A stretch of 64,000 nucleotides of DNA, taken from assembly GCA_951406725.2 (NCBI GenBank), contig OX597831.1, forward strand, positions 52,018,001 through 52,082,000, written 5' to 3'. Below are positions 26,302 through 42,100 of the stretch, piece by piece; position 1 is the first letter of the stretch, and each line of letters begins with the position of its first letter. Source of the stretch: Octopus vulgaris (taxonomy: Eukaryota). The position numbers were made by a program, and so were the translations under genes. The notes under the pieces were generated by a model. The model saw only the letters and a program-made list of their open reading frames with translations, did not search any database and had not been told where the DNA came from.

Positions 26302-29300
26302 ATGGGCTTCCTCATACAGTTTCTGTCTACCAAATCTACACACAAGGTTTTGATTGGCTTAGGGCTATAGTAGAAGACATTTGCCCAAGATGCTGTGCAG
26401 TGGGACTGAACCCATGGTTGCAAAGCAAGTTTCTTAACCACACAGCCATTCCTGCACCTATGCTTATTAATGTATTTATTGATCTTTTCTTTCCTTTTAT
26501 TTCAGAGATTAAGGTGGACTGCAAATGTACAAAGTATGTTCTTGCTAAAGGCTGTTAATTTTTTTTTTTTTTTCATTCAGTGTGCTGTGAATGCTGCTGT
26601 GAAAGGTCGGGTTTTGGTTCTTGAAGGCATTGAAAAAGCTGAAAGAAATGTCCTTCCTGTGCTGAACAATCTTTTGGAGAATCGAGAAATGCAACTTGAA
26701 GATGGTCGCTTCTTGGTAGCAGCATCACGCTATGACCAGTTGTTGGAAGTCAGTATCTCTCTCTCTCTCTACCCACCTGTCTATTTGTCTGTCTACCTGT
26801 CTCTCTGTCTGTCTGTCTCTCTCTCTTTCTCTCTCTACCTACCTAGCTGTCTGTCACCATCCTATTCTTTTTGTCCTTCCTTCTTTCTTTTTTGCTTTCT
26901 TTCATGCATGTGCATTTGGCTAAACTACAATAACAACTATAACAATATTTACCTTGTTTCCGTCTAAGGATTTAATAGATATTAAAATATACCTTATATA
27001 GTTTCAAAGAATGTCCGAACAATTGTGTTTTGGTTATGGTAAATATTGAAGAAAGGTTTTCTCATGCTCTCTTTTTTTTTCTCTTTTAGGATTATTCTAA
27101 AGAGGAACTAGACAAACAGAACCTAGTTCGGGTCCATGAAGATTTCAGAGTGATTGCCCTTGGTCTTCCTGTTCCTCGTTACAAAGGCAATCCACTTGAT
27201 CCGCCCTTGCGGTCTCGGTTCCAAGCTCGAGGAATTTCTGCATTACCATTTAAAGTAAGAATTGTTTTTATAAGGCAATTTTCCATATCTCTATTTCTCT
27301 CTCTCTCCCCTCTCCCCCTCTCTAATTTACTTCTTTCTCCTTCCTTTTCTTTTACATTCAAGCTGCAGTGGAGGACTGACATAAACACAAACACATTCAC
27401 ACATATGATGGGCTTTGGTTGACCCAAGGCTATAATAGAAGTCCCTTGACCAAAGTGCCATGCAATGGGACTGAACTAGGAACCATGTTGTTGGGAAGCA
27501 AGTTTCTTACCACACAGCCATGCCTGCACCTATTTCTAGTCCTCTGTGGAAAACATGTCTGGCCATGGAAAAATATTACTTTACTTGAAACCAGGTGAGG
27601 GTTGGCGACAGGCAGGGCATCCAGCTGTAGAAAATCTACCTCTATAAATTTTGTCTGACCCATGCAAGCATGGAAAAATGCACCTTAAATGATGATGATG
27701 ATAATGATATCTTGGAATTAAAATGGATCTTCATCAGTTTTGGCAGTGTGTGTGTTCAGTTGTTTTTTCTATTGAATTACCTGCTCATTAAATTTACATA
27801 AAAGTGGCTGGATATTCCACAGACATGTATTCACTTAATGTAATCCTTGAGCAGAAACAGCATGACATAATGTATAACATGGCAGGAGCTTTGAAACACA
27901 GATACAATCCATGTAACAAGAAATCTACACAGTTTTTGTCTATCCAATTTCACTTAAATGGCTTGATTCAACCTGAGGGTTATGGTAAAAAACAAATAAC
28001 AAAAAACAAATACAAAAGAAACTTGTTGAAGCTGTCATGCGATAGATTTGTATCTTAGACCTTGTGATTGTGAAACGAACTTTCGTGTATGTGAATAAAC
28101 ATAACAAATATATTTAACAGAACACTATTTCATTCTACAGATGTCTAATATAAAACTAATTCCTTTGTTTCTATTGCAGGAACATTTAGAAATGTTGCAG
28201 GAAATTGGACCAAAGATCTCATCAAATAAGTAAGCTACTGTGATTTCATTTCTTCATATCTGGTGCTGCTGTCATGTAAAAAGAACTGGTGATGCTGCCA
28301 CATAAAAAGCACCCAGTATTCTCTGTAAAGTGGTTGGCGTTAGGAAGAGCGTCCAGCCATAGAAAACAAGCCATAACAGACTATGGAACCTGCTGCAGCC
28401 TCTGGCCTTGCCAATTCTTGTCAAGCTGTCCAGCCCATGCCAGCATGGAAAATGGGCATTAAATGTTGTTGATGATGAAGGTGTAGACATGGATGTATGG
28501 TTAAGAAGTGTGCACACCATGATAAGGTGTGTTTCGAGGGAGAATTTTCAACCTACTATTTCTAGTAGAATGAGTGATTGCATAGCTTTCCTCATTGGTG
28601 CATCTACTTGTCTTGCTGTATGGATTGCTGGACATAGCTTACAATCTATGTGTATTAAGATATTAAATTAATATTGGGGTTCACTGTACCTTCACATTGT
28701 ACCTATTTATATGTATGTGGATTGGGTAGGACAGTAGTGAAGCATACCTCGCATTTTTACCTGTTAAATGTTATCTGAATAAGAAACATTTAACTGTACC
28801 ACCACTTTGTATTCTTGGAGATGAGGAAGCCCCTTTAGAGTAATTTGATCTCCTAGAAATAGCAGCCAAATTCTGTCAGATCACATCTTACCATCTTATT
28901 TCTTTATTGCCCACAAGGGGCTAAACATAGAGGGGACAAACAAGGACAGACAAAGGGATTAAGTCGATTACATCAACCCCAGTGCGTGACTGGTACTTAA
29001 TTTATCAACCCCGAAAGGATGAAAGGTAAAGTCGACCTCAGCGGTATTTGAACTCAAAACGTAACGGCAGACGAAATACCCCTAAGCATTTCGCCCGGCA
29101 TACTAATGGTTCTGCCAGCTCGCTGCTTAAGAAAAGTGTGGTACACATCAGATAGGCACAAAAAGTCAGGATGGGCACAACTGGAATGTTTTTGAATGGT
29201 TTATGCAATTAGGATTGACCTAGGGCTTAACGACACCAGTGGCAAAGCCATATCATTGAGATTTAGGGCTCACAACTATTAGCAATGATACTGGGATACT

Positions 29301-32300
29301 TGGACTTGATGGTCTATTTCAGTAGATTAATATTATAGTTTAATCTCTCAGTTTAATCCAGTCAATTTAAGAGAAGAGCTTAAGGCCATAACATCATCAT
29401 CATCATTTAATGTCTGTGTTCCATGCTGGCTTGGATGAACTTGGTTGACAATATTCAGTGGTCCTAAGGATTGCATTGTGCTCCAGTATCTAGTTTGGTA
29501 TGGTTTCTATGGCTGGCTGCCCTTCTTAATCACTTTGCTACAAATACTAGATGTATTTTTTTTTCATGGTACCAGCACTAGTGAGACCACCATGCAACTT
29601 ACAAGACTATGAACCCCAAGGGATGGAGGAAAAAGATATGCTAGGAGATGAGGAGTAGGGAGGGATTAAAATATGAGAGAAAATGGCCGGATCAGGACAG
29701 GTTTCTTGCTGTAGAGGAGCCACATGACTACTCACATTTTAGAGGAAAAGGTAGATGTGACAGGGTAAAGCTGGGAAATGATAAGATAGTGGTGATATGG
29801 TGTTAGAGTGGACCTTCAGGTCATAAGATGAGGAGGAATGGGTGGGGAATTGTGGCCAGGAGTGAGTGGGGGAGTAAGAGATGTATGATAGTGCAGAGCA
29901 GCAGAATAGAAATGATACAGTAAGCAGAAAGATGGAAGAGAGAGAGAGAGAGATGACATGCTTTTGGGTAGGTTTGCAGGAGTGGGTGGGGAAGAGGGAA
30001 GTAGGTGTTGTGTATGACGAGAGTGAGGCTATGGTGATGGGAAAGGAAAGATAATTTGGTGGCACAGTGGAAGTGGGTGGGAAAATAATCCTTGATTGAA
30101 GTCTCAATTTCTGAATTTTTTATTCCACAGACTATCTCTGATGTTATCCTTTGGTACAACACTCCTTACTGAGGAATCAGTTTCTCTTGGTTTACCTGAC
30201 TTTCCCATTGATAATCTTTCAGCTATGATAGCTGTTCTAGTAAGTTTCTTTCATTATACTACACTTTCATCATCATCATCATCATCATCTTTCTGTTTTC
30301 CTTGTTGGTATGGGTTGGATGGTTTTTACAAGAGCTGGTAAGGCTAGGGGCTGCACCAGACTCTATTGTCTGTTCTGGCATGGTTTCTATTGCTACATGC
30401 CCTTCTTAAAACCAACTGCTTTACAGAGTGTGCTGGGTGCCTTGAATGTTCCACCAGCATAAGTGCATTTTATGTGGCACTGACATGCGTGCATTTTAGG
30501 TGGCACTGGTACAAGTGCATTTTACATGGCACTTGAGTGCGTTTCACATGGCACTGACACTAGTGCATTTTATGTGGCACCAGCACATAAAATTGTGTGT
30601 ATCTGTGTATATATATCCTTCCTTCCTTAGACACTCCACTGATGGAGTGTTAAAAGAGTCACTTGATTGAGAATGCAAATGATTTTGCTCCATTTCTTCC
30701 TTATTCTGTTATTCATCTTAAGGGTAGTACAGGGTATTTGAGCTAAATTTGACAGTTTGCAGAAAAGGGAAAGAAAACACAATATTCCATCCAAAAATAA
30801 AAGTATTTTAAAACAATGAAAAATATCAACTAGATTATGTCTTGGAGATAACAGTTTTCTCAAAGTAGTTGCCCTCAGCTTCCACCTCAATCCCAAGATA
30901 GCTCCAGAACCTGGTTCATTCATTCCTCACTGTATGCCTGGGAAGATATTCAAACACCCTCTTGATCTTGGCCACCAGCTGAGCTTTGGTGTTGCAGGCA
31001 GAATGGTTGGTGTCTTTCTCATCTATGCCCTGCACGTAGTACTCCATGGGATTACAATCAGGGAAACTTAGAAGGCCAGAAATTGGGACTGGTAAAGTCA
31101 TAGAAAGTCTCCAACAACCACTTCTGACTCTTTCTGGTGGTATGGCAAGGAGCCAAATCCTCACACATACGGTTTTCCAGCAGCAACCCTCTCAAGCCAG
31201 GGTTTGATCGTAGTCTCCAGCAGCTTCACATAGCCATTTCAATTGAGCCTGAGGTCCTGTTCATCAATTGTTGAATGAATTTGAGCATGCGGATGCAGTC
31301 AGAACACTTACTGTGTCCCTCCTGCTGGCCACAGCTTTGCAGTCTCTGTTACATCTGTCACATCTTACAGACTTTATAGAGTTCACAGAGCATTGAGCAG
31401 CAGTCATGATGGCATTTTGACACCTGGCACAAATCATCATGATACAGATAACTCTTTTTTCCATATTTAGATGGCTTCAAGGCGGTGAGCTGGCGGAAAC
31501 GTTAGCATGTCAGGCGAAATGCTTAGCAGTATTTCATCTGTTGTTCGCCGAGGTCAACTTTGCCTTTCATCCTTTTGGGGTCGATTAAATAAGTACCAGT
31601 TACACACTAGGGTTGATGTAATTGACTTAATCCCTTTGTTTGCCCCCTCTATGTTTAGCCCCCTGTGGGCAATAAATAAATAAATATTTAGATGGCTTCC
31701 AGTTCTCCATATCAGCTAACTTTTTCTCAACTACAAATTTATGCTGCCAACACACGATTGTTCACGAATGCAACAAGCTGTTCCTGAAAAAAGGAGATAC
31801 AAAAAATATTCTCAAATTTATCTTGAACAGTCTGTATAGTGGGAACAGCCACGAGTCCTCAGTGTTCATTGAAAAATTTACCTCAAAGAATTTTGTTTGA
31901 CCTATGCAAGTATGGAAAATGGATGATGATGACAATGATGCTGTATTTATATATATGTGTGTGTATAAGTAAAATTTGTGTATATGAATATACTTTGTTT
32001 AAATTTCAGAATAGTCATCCACACCTATCACTAACAGACGTGATTTATCGTATCTATCCTTATAATATGTTTCTCAATAAGGAAGGGATTGCTGCTGTGG
32101 AAGGGACCATGAAGGTGAGTTTTTAACTGATTACACACTCATTTTGCCTTTTATATTTTCAATGTATATAGAAGAGGTGCAGGTATGCTTGTATGGTTGA
32201 GAAGTTTGCTTCCCAACTACATGATTTCAAAACCAATTCCACTGTGTGGAACCTTGGGCAACTGTCTTCTACTACAGCCCTGAGCAGACCAAAACCTTCT

Positions 32301-33360
32301 GAGTAGATTTCATAGACAGAAACTGAAAGAAGCTCATTGTGTGTGTGTGTGTGTATGTGTGTATTTTTGGGTGGTTGTATGTGTATCAGTGTGTATGTTT
32401 GTAACTGTCTTGGCATTGCATGAGAGTTGTATATGATAGTCGTTGTCATCCACCATCACCGTCATCATCATCATCATCATTATTACCACCAACATCACCA
32501 CCACCCCATGATTATATAATTGTCTAGAATTGTCGAGCTTATGAGGTTTTGTGTTTTGAAATTCAGAAATTTGATTTGGTAGATCACCGAAGTAGGGAGG
32601 CTATGGATGTCACTAATGTCGATAAATCTGGTATGTACGCTACCGTTCACATGAAGTCCGGATCAGACACATCTCATTGTAAGGTATGTAGCTTCTTTCA
32701 TTATTGCATCTGTTATTTTCTTGTACAGAGTCAGTGAGAGAAGAGGCCACGGACCAGGACTGGAATGTATATGACTGAACTTTGCGAGAGATATGATTAT
32801 GTAATGGATGTTTGGTGAGGGGATGTGAAGTACAGTGGTGCTTAGGAATGATATGTATAACCAGAGAGAACAGGCAATCAGAAGTGATTAAAGAGAATAG
32901 TGTCTGTATGTGTGTGGGGGGATGGTACCAGCGAAGATATGATACCTTCTTGTTCCGGCAGCTCTGTAAAAATAGGTACCAGGCTTTAAAAGAAGAAAAT
33001 AAATACTGGGGTTGATTCATTCGATTAAAAATTCTTCAAGGCATGGTCATACATGTTCTTTTACCCTTGTTGCTTTTGGGATTTGTTTCAGGGTAGGAAA
33101 TGTTTTGGCACCACTACTAATTTGATGCTGACTTATTTGACATCAGACATTTTTTATGTTTCACTCAATTCCCACCTTTCTCTTTATGTATGCGAGCATA
33201 GGCACAGGTGTGGCTGTGTGGTAAGAAGCTAGCTTCCCAACCACATGGCTCTGGTTTCAGTCCCACTGTGTGATAACTTGGATGATTGTCTTCCACTATA
33301 GCCTCAGGCCAACCAAAGCCTTGTGAGTGGATTTGGTAAACAGAAACCGAAAGAAGCCTG

Positions 33361-33394
<34 letters not shown>

Positions 33395-33594
33395 GGTGCG
33401 GGCATGGCTGTGTGGTTAGGGAGCTTGCTTCCTAGCTACATGATTTTGGGTTCAGTCCCACCACGTGGCACTTTGGGCAAGTGTCTTCTGCTATAGCCCC
33501 ATGCCGACCGAAGCTTTGTGATTGAATTTGGTAGGTGGAAGTTACTGCCATGTGTGTATATGTGTGTGTAGGTGCTTGTGCCTCTTTGAGAGAG

Positions 33595-33626
<32 letters not shown>

Positions 33627-35399
33627 GCTCGAATCCCGGACCGGGGTGCGTGTTGTGTTCTTGAGCAAGACACTTTATTTCACGTTGCTCCAGTTCACTC
33701 AGCTGTAGAAATGAGTTGCAACGTCACAGGTGCCAAGCTGTATCGGCCCATTGCCTTTCCCATGGACAACCTCCGTGACGGGAGAGGGGAGGCCGGTATG
33801 CATGGGCGACTGCTGGTCTTCCATAAAACAACCTTGCCCAGACTTGTGCCTCAGAGGGTAACTCTCTAGGTGCAAACCCATGGTCAGTGTCTGACCGAAG
33901 GGGGTCACACACAAATATATATATATATATATATTTATTTATTTATACATATGTGTGTGTGTCTGTGTTTGACCCCCTCCACTACTGCTTGACAAACGGT
34001 GTTGGTATGTTTACATCCCCGTTACTTAGCAGTTCAGCAAAAGAGATTGATAGAATTAGTACCAGACTTAACAAAAATATGTACTGGGGTTTATTCAGTC
34101 AGCTAAAAGATTCTTCGGGGTGATGCTCCAACATGGCCACAGTGTAATAACTGAAACAAGTAAAAAATAAAAAAAAAGATAAAAAAGATATTTCTCTTTA
34201 TATGTATGAGGAAAGGGAGTGTTTATGTCAGTTATGTTCAGTTAATAAATTGTTATGTCCCTCTCTTTTTCTCCTCTTCTCTCACCTGATCTTTGTGTGT
34301 ATATCTTAGCATGTATGTTTGTGTATGTGTGTGCTAACCTCCAGGGCCAAAAAGTACTGTCATTAAAACACATTCAGTATCCAGTCAACTGTGCCGCCAA
34401 ACAACCACACCCAATCATCTCATTCCCTCTGTTTCAGGTACCTGCTGGTCTTAATGATTTCAGTACATCAGGAACTGAAAGGTTTGTCAAGAACACATAC
34501 CATAATGGAATGTTAGCTGAGATGTTACAGTCCCATCAAGTCCGGGATTTCTGCTTGATTGGACCAAAGGTAAGATAGACCTTTTTTTTTTCTCAGTAAC
34601 TATTTTAAATCCCTTGGCGTGGCTCTGTGGTAAGGAGCTTGCTTCCCAACCACATGATTCCGGGTTCAGTCTCGTTCTATGGCACCTTGGGCAAAGTGAC
34701 TTCTACTATAGCCTTGGGCTAACCAAATCCTTGTGAGTGGATTTGTTAAATAGAAACTGAAAGAAGCTCATCATATATATATATATATGTATATATGTAT
34801 ATTTATGTGTGTATGTCTTTGTCCTCCCCACCATTGTTTGATAACATAACTGATGTTGGTGTGTTTATGTCCCTGTAACTTAGTGATTCAGCAAAAGAGA
34901 GTGAGAGGATTAGTACTAGGCTTACAAAGATTAAGTCCTAGGCTGTGATTTCTTCAACTAAAACCCTTTAAGGGCTGCAGCCAAATGGCTGAAATGTGTA
35001 AAAGAAAGTAATCAAAACACCTCACTTCAAATCTTGCCACAGTCATCTTTGTTTTTCATCCTTTCAGGTTCACTAAAATGGTACGATAAAATGCTTGATA
35101 AAGCATTGGTCAAGTGTTGCAGTTGATGTAATTGACTTATCCCTCATCTTCAAAATTGCTGTTCTTGTATCTTAATTAGAAACAATTATTGTTGTTTATG
35201 TTATCATTAGTATGCCGGCAAAATGCTTAGCGGCATTTCGTTCATTTTCACATTCTGAGCTCAAATTCTGCCTAAGTCGGCTTTGCCTTTCAGCCTTTTG
35301 GGGTTGATAAATTAAGTACCAGTCAAGTACTAGGGGTCAATGTAATTGACTTAAACCCTTCCTTGAAATTGCTGGCCTTGTGCCAAAATTTGAAACCTT

Positions 35400-35431
<32 letters not shown>

Positions 35432-37886
35432 TTACTATCATCATTTTTTATTATTTCAGGGCTGTGGTAAAAGTGTTTTGGTTGAAAACTTTGCGAATTA
35501 CCTTGGATATCACATCGAACCCGTTCACCTGCACCAGGTATGACTACTGATTAATTCTTTAATCAACAGGTAAGCCACTATATAGTGGCTCAGTCAGCTA
35601 GAAATAGCAGCTAAATATCCTTTAAACCATCATCATCATCTAACGTCTTCTTTCCATGCTAGCATGGGTTGGACGATTTGACTGAGGACTGGCAAACCAG
35701 ATGGCTACACCAGGCTCCAATCTGATCTGGCAGAGTTTCTACAGCTGGATGCCCTTCCTAATGCCAACCATTTCAAGAGTGTAGTGGGTGCTTTTACGTG
35801 CCACCGGCACAAGGGCCAGTCAGGTGGTACTGGTAACAGCCACACTCAAATGGTGCTTTTTCACGTGCCACCTGCACAAGAGCCAGTCCAGTGGCACTGG
35901 CAACGACTTCGCTTGAATGTTTTTTCATGTGCCACCAGCATGGAAGCCAGTCAGTTGCTCTGGCAATGATCATACTTGGATGGTTCTCTTAGCGCTCCAC
36001 TGGCACAGGTGCCAGTCATGGAATTTGATTTGATTTTGATTTCACTTGCCTAGTCCAGCATATACTATTTCAGAAAAATAACAGATGGTGTGGTCACAGA
36101 TGGAATACTTTTGATCGTAGGTTAGTAGGATAAGGTCCTCAATCACTTGGTGTTACTCAGATGCCTTGTTTGCCTGTGCTGATTTCAGCAGCCCTGAACT
36201 GGTTTTGTCACATTGTCAGAATAGATGATGAAAGACTTCTGAAAAGTCTTTATCTAGAATGAGTTTGTAGGAAATAAATATTTGGTGTAGGGACTAAAAT
36301 CTTGTTTAGTCAATGGACAATAGAAACTCTGCAAAGATCTTTTCAAGGCCTACACAAAAGACATCAGCATTAATCCAGAATCATGGGAATGCCCCTTGTT
36401 TCTGAGATAACTTTATAATGAAAGTTGCCATAGGTCCAGAAACAGATGTCTTGACAACTGATAATTGACATGTTTAATTACTAAAAAGGTAAAGTTACCT
36501 TCTCAAGTCATATTGACTCATAAGGACCAGTTTCCCAGTTTCATGGTATATATAATAATATAATGAAATTATTGTATACAGTGCTCAGGTGCACCACAAC
36601 TTGTCAGAAAGTGCATATAAAGTACATGCAGTAATGTAGAAATGTCTGGAATGCGAACAATGTATGAGTCAGATACATGCTTGTGTGTGTATGGAGGGGA
36701 GAAAATCAAGTGTAGTGCTGCCGAGTCTCAGGTAGCATGGAAGTTTTGAAGGATGCAGTGCTCCGACAACTAACAACTGATGCCGGCAGTTTGTTCCATG
36801 CTTCAGCAACTCTCAGCGTGAAAAAATGTTTCCTGAAGTCATGGGAGCTGTGCTATTTTCTTACTTTGTAAATATGTCCACGGGTGTTAGATGGGTGGAG
36901 TTTGAAAAGGTGCTCAGAGTTATTGTTTGTACGATGGTTGATAATTTTATGGGTGTCTGCCAAGTCAGCTGCCAGACGTCGGAGTTTCAATGTGTCCATG
37001 CCCAGGGAAGTAAGGCGTTTAGGATATGGCAAATGCCTGATGGAGGGTATTCTTTTGGTTGCACGTTGCTGAACAGCTTCCAGACGATTGATATCCTGGG
37101 CAAGATAGGGGTTCCAGACCGGTGATGTTCGCCAGCTGGATGGGACACTGGTCTGTTGCAGGATTACTCATTTTTGCCAGCTGAGTGGACTGGAGTAACG
37201 TGAAATGAAGTGTTTTGCTCAAGAATACAATGCGTTACCTGTTCCAGGAATTGAAACCACTATCTTATGATCATGATGCTGACACCCTAATCACTGAGCC
37301 ATGCGCCTCTACCATGGATAGTTTATGTGACCCTATTATTACTAAGGCTGTGAGTTGGTGGAGTTACTAGCTTACTGAACAAAATGTTTAGCAGTATTTC
37401 TTCCAATTCTTTACATTAATTGATAAAATAATTACCAGTTGAGTGGGGTAGGATGGGGGTGTGTCAATGATTTTTGATTTGCTCCCTCCTGCCAAATTTT
37501 AGATCTTGTACCTATTGTAAAAAGAATTATTATTATTATTAGGGTGGCAAGCTGGCAGAATTTTTAGTATGCCGGGTGAAATACTTAGCGGTATTTCATT
37601 TATGTTTATGGTCTGAGCTCAAATTCCATTGCGGTTGACTCTGCCTTTCATCCTTTTAAGATGGCGAGTTGACAGAATTGTTAGCATGCTGCTTAGCATT
37701 TTGTCCATCTTAATGTTCTGAATTCAAATTCCACCAAGGTCGACTTTGCCTTTCATCTTTTCGGGGTTAATAAAATAAGTACCAGTTGAGTATTGGGGTC
37801 GATGTAATTGATTTACCCCCTCCCCCAAATTTCAGGCCTTGTACCTTTAGTAGAAAAGATTGTTGTTGTTGTTATTGTTATTATTA

Positions 37887-37926
<40 letters not shown>

Positions 37927-39065
37927 GTCAGTTGATTGTCAGAATCAGAATGCCTTGTGGGATTTAGTTAGACATCCCACCAAAATTAACTTATCATTCA
38001 CCTATTTGGGATTGATAAATTAACTGGGATCAATATAATATGTTGCTTCCCTCATGCTCTCCCTTACAAAATTTGTGGCCTTGTGGCCATATTAAAAATT
38101 ATTGTATTAAGTTATTTATTATATATTTTCCTATTTTTTTCAAAAGGACATGACCTCTAGGGATTTGTTACAGCAGAGGTCAACTCGTCCAAATGGAGAC
38201 ACATTTTGGGTGTCATCCCCTCTGGTCAGTGCTGCCCTTCAAGGTAACTTAGCCGTCCTTGATGGTGTCCACCGTATCAACCCTGGTTCATTTTCGGTCA
38301 TACAAAGGTAAGTCAGCCATACTTCCTATCCAGTTAATCCTTTATGTGGAGAAGTTAGTTCTTGAAATACTGGTTGTTGTTGTTGTGGCTCTGGGTCAGC
38401 CTTGATTGTCCATTGACCTAATATATGATCAAAGGTATTCAAGCCATGATCATGTTACCTTTCTTTTTAAAGGCCAAATGTATCTAGGATTATATCATCC
38501 AGTATGTTGGAGGTATGACTGTGGCTAAGACGGTTACTTTGTAACCAAGAGGTTTTAGGCTCTCGCCCACTGCAGGGCCTTAGGTTGACTAATGCCTTCT
38601 GAGTGAAATTTGGTAAATGAAAACATATGCATTTTGCCTGAGGAAAAAAAATGTTGTGATGGCCATGACAGGATTGACTTGGAGCTAAACAAGAACATCA
38701 ATAGTAATAAACACTCACCCTCTTTTTTTAAAGATGAGACTGAGTGGATTTGGTTGATAGAAATTGAAAGTAGCTATCATCATTTATTATACACTTTCCT
38801 ATGCTTTTGTGGGTCAGATGGGGTTTGTTGAGGCAAAATTTTCTACAGCTGGATGCCCTTCCTGTCCCCAACCTTCATCTGTTTCCAAGTAAGGTGATAT
38901 TGTCCCATGACCAGAATATGCTTTTCACAGAAGACCAAAAATGAACAGCTTCACTTGCATGATGATGATGCTCATTTAAAACCTTCATGTAAAGTTTAGA
39001 CAAGGGTACATGCAAACACACACAGACACATGCGTGCACGCACACACACACACGCATGCACACAT

Positions 39066-39117
<52 letters not shown>

Positions 39118-42100
39118 GGCCTTTTTTAGTTTCCATATATCAAATCAATTCAAGACTTTGGCTGGCATGAAGCTGTACTAGAAAACGTCTGACTTTGGTG
39201 CCGTGCAGTGGGACAGAACCTGAAACCATGTGGTCTGGAAATAAACTCCTCAAGCACACACCTATACCTTTAATAAATCTGAAACCTTTTAGGACTATTT
39301 TGTGAAATCAATTCGTCTGTTTGTCTGTTCCCTTTAAGATTGATCCATGATCGGGAATTGCAGCTTTATGATGGTACCAGACTCTTACATGCTGATCGAT
39401 ATAATCAAATTAAAGAATCCACTGGTAAAACTGATACAGAATTGAGTGAAAGGTAAATTGTTTTTGTTTTCACTATTCCTCCCCCCCACCCTCTCTGTTT
39501 CCTACCCTTTTCCTTTGTCTTTCTATATATCTGTCAACCTCTCTTTTTGTGTCTAGTGATAATGGTTTCAAATTTTTGGCACAAGGCCAGCAGTTTTAGG
39601 GTAGGAGGTGAGTTGATTACATCGACCCAGTGTTCAACTAGTACTTATTTCAATGACCCTGAAAGGATGAAAGGCAAAGTCAACCTCAGTGGAATTTGAA
39701 CTCAGAATGTAAAGATGGACAAAATACCACTAATCATTTTGTCTGGTGTGCTACTGATTCTGCCAGCTCACTGCGATATTGTATCTAATAATAATAATAA
39801 TGATAATAATAATAATAATAGTAAGAAGAGCACTCAGTGCAAACTTCCAACGCAATACCAACATCCTCTCAACGGTTAGTGAAAAGTAAAAAAACAGGTA
39901 AAATAATCCAGAATCCTTGTCTGGTACTGGATCAATCCCAAAATCTAATCAGTTTGTGCCAGTCATGAGGCCAAACATCCCTGAAAGTTTCATCTGAATC
40001 CATCCAGTGGTTCTTGAGATATCTTGTCCACGGACAAACAAACACGACTGAAAACAATACCTCCACCTTTGCTAAGGCGGAGATAATGAATTATTGTATA
40101 CAGTACTCAGGTACACTATAAATCATAAGAAAAAGTAACCAAAACTGCATGAACAGGCACAGAAAGTGACCAGTGAATAAGTTTTTAAAAACAATGGGGT
40201 GGAGAGCAAAAGGTGTACTGTTGGTGAATTTCAGGAAGCATGGAAGTTTTGAAGGAAATGGTGTCTCGACAGCTAACAATTGATGCAGGTAGTTTATTCC
40301 TTGCTTCAGCAATTTCTGAGCAGGAAAAAATATTTCCAAGTGTCATCTGCCTACTTATGTGAAAGTATGTAGTTTAGTGGTTTGGATATTGGGCCCACAT
40401 TTGCAAGGTCTTGGGTCCAATTCAAGGACCAGGTTGTACATTTGACATTGCTTCAGTCTATTCAACTGGAAAATGAATACCAGCCTAGTGTTTATGGAGG
40501 TCTCTCTCTTTCACCAGCTGTTACATCCTGGATATTCTGCTGGATCAAGGTTGGTGTGGAGAGGAAACTTCCATCAACCAGGTCCCCAGATGGTGGAGAG
40601 GAGAAAGATTTTCAGCTATGAGAGTTAGCTGTGAATATAAAAATAAAGAGTCCTGGATCAAACATACCTATAGGGGGAAAATTTCAATGATAAAAAATAC
40701 TAGTCTTGAATTGTTAGAGGTTGGTATACAATGGATGCAAGCTTCAACAAACTGATTCATTGGATCCATGTGATTTCTGATTCACAAGGAGATCTTGTCT
40801 CTACTAATGAGGAAACACAATCTCCTCGTTTAGTCTAATGACTAAAACAAGTAAAAGACACAAAAAAAAAAAAGGAAATGAAAACAATTCTTTTTTTACT
40901 CTTTTACTAGTTTCAATCATTGGACTGTTGTTCTGTGGGGGATACCACTTTCAAGGCTTTTGTCAGTTATATTGCTTTTGTTACTTTAGTATTGTTTTTA
41001 TTGACTTCTTAGGGTTAGCATTCAAAACAGACCTGGGTAGGATCTGAATTTGGAATGTAAGATGGCATGTAATTCTACCAATCTACTACAATTAAAAATG
41101 TTTTGTCTTCAGATTTCTTTCTTCTACTTTCATTTTATTCTTTTTTTCCTAGTGGGATTTTACCAATTCACCCATCTTTCCGGATCATTGCACTTGCTGA
41201 GCCACCAGTAATTGGTAGTACCAAACAGCAGTGGCTGTCTCCAGAGCTTTTATCTATGTTTCTTTTCCACCGCATCCGACCATTGGCACTCATTGAAGAA
41301 GAGCTGGTCCTCAAGACACTGGTATGTTTCAAAAGGTGTACTCCTTAGATGATTCTTTCGTTAGGGTTGTAGTTGTTATACTGTAACAACTGTTGCTCAT
41401 GTTTAACCCTAGGTCATTCCTGACTGTGTAAACCTATGATGAAAGGTATTCAGGCTGTGACCATTCTATCTTAAAAGCAGTGTGTACCTCGTTTTTTAAG
41501 ACAAATCACAGTAGGCTATGATTTCAGGGAGACTTGACTACTATTTCTTGTAGATCAAGTGGCTATACTGAAGCTACATATTTAGCTTGTATTACTATCA
41601 CTATTGTTATCCTTACTATCATTATACAGTTGTCATCATCGTTTACAAAATCAAAGTCATCAGCATTTCTAGCTCACTACTTTTCTGTATTAACCTACTG
41701 AACAACTATTGATTCACAAACCACATTCTGCCTCTTACTTATTACATTCATTGGACTGTAGCCATGCTACAGGGCATCACTTGCAAGGGTTTAGTTGAAC
41801 AAATTGACTCCAGTCTGTTATTTATTCCATCGATCTCTTTTGCCAGACCATTAAGTTACAGGGACATAAACAAACCAACAATGGTTGTCAAGTGGTGAAA
41901 AGACAAACACAGCACAAACATAGGGAGATAAATACGCACATACACACATGCACATACACATGCACATACACAAGCACATAAATAACACACACACATACAT
42001 ATACGTGTATGTACTTGACTTAAATATTTTATAAGGAAATTCATGATCTGCTCTTATTCAAAGTTACTGTCCTTTGTTTTTTGTTTTTTTTCATCTTTTA

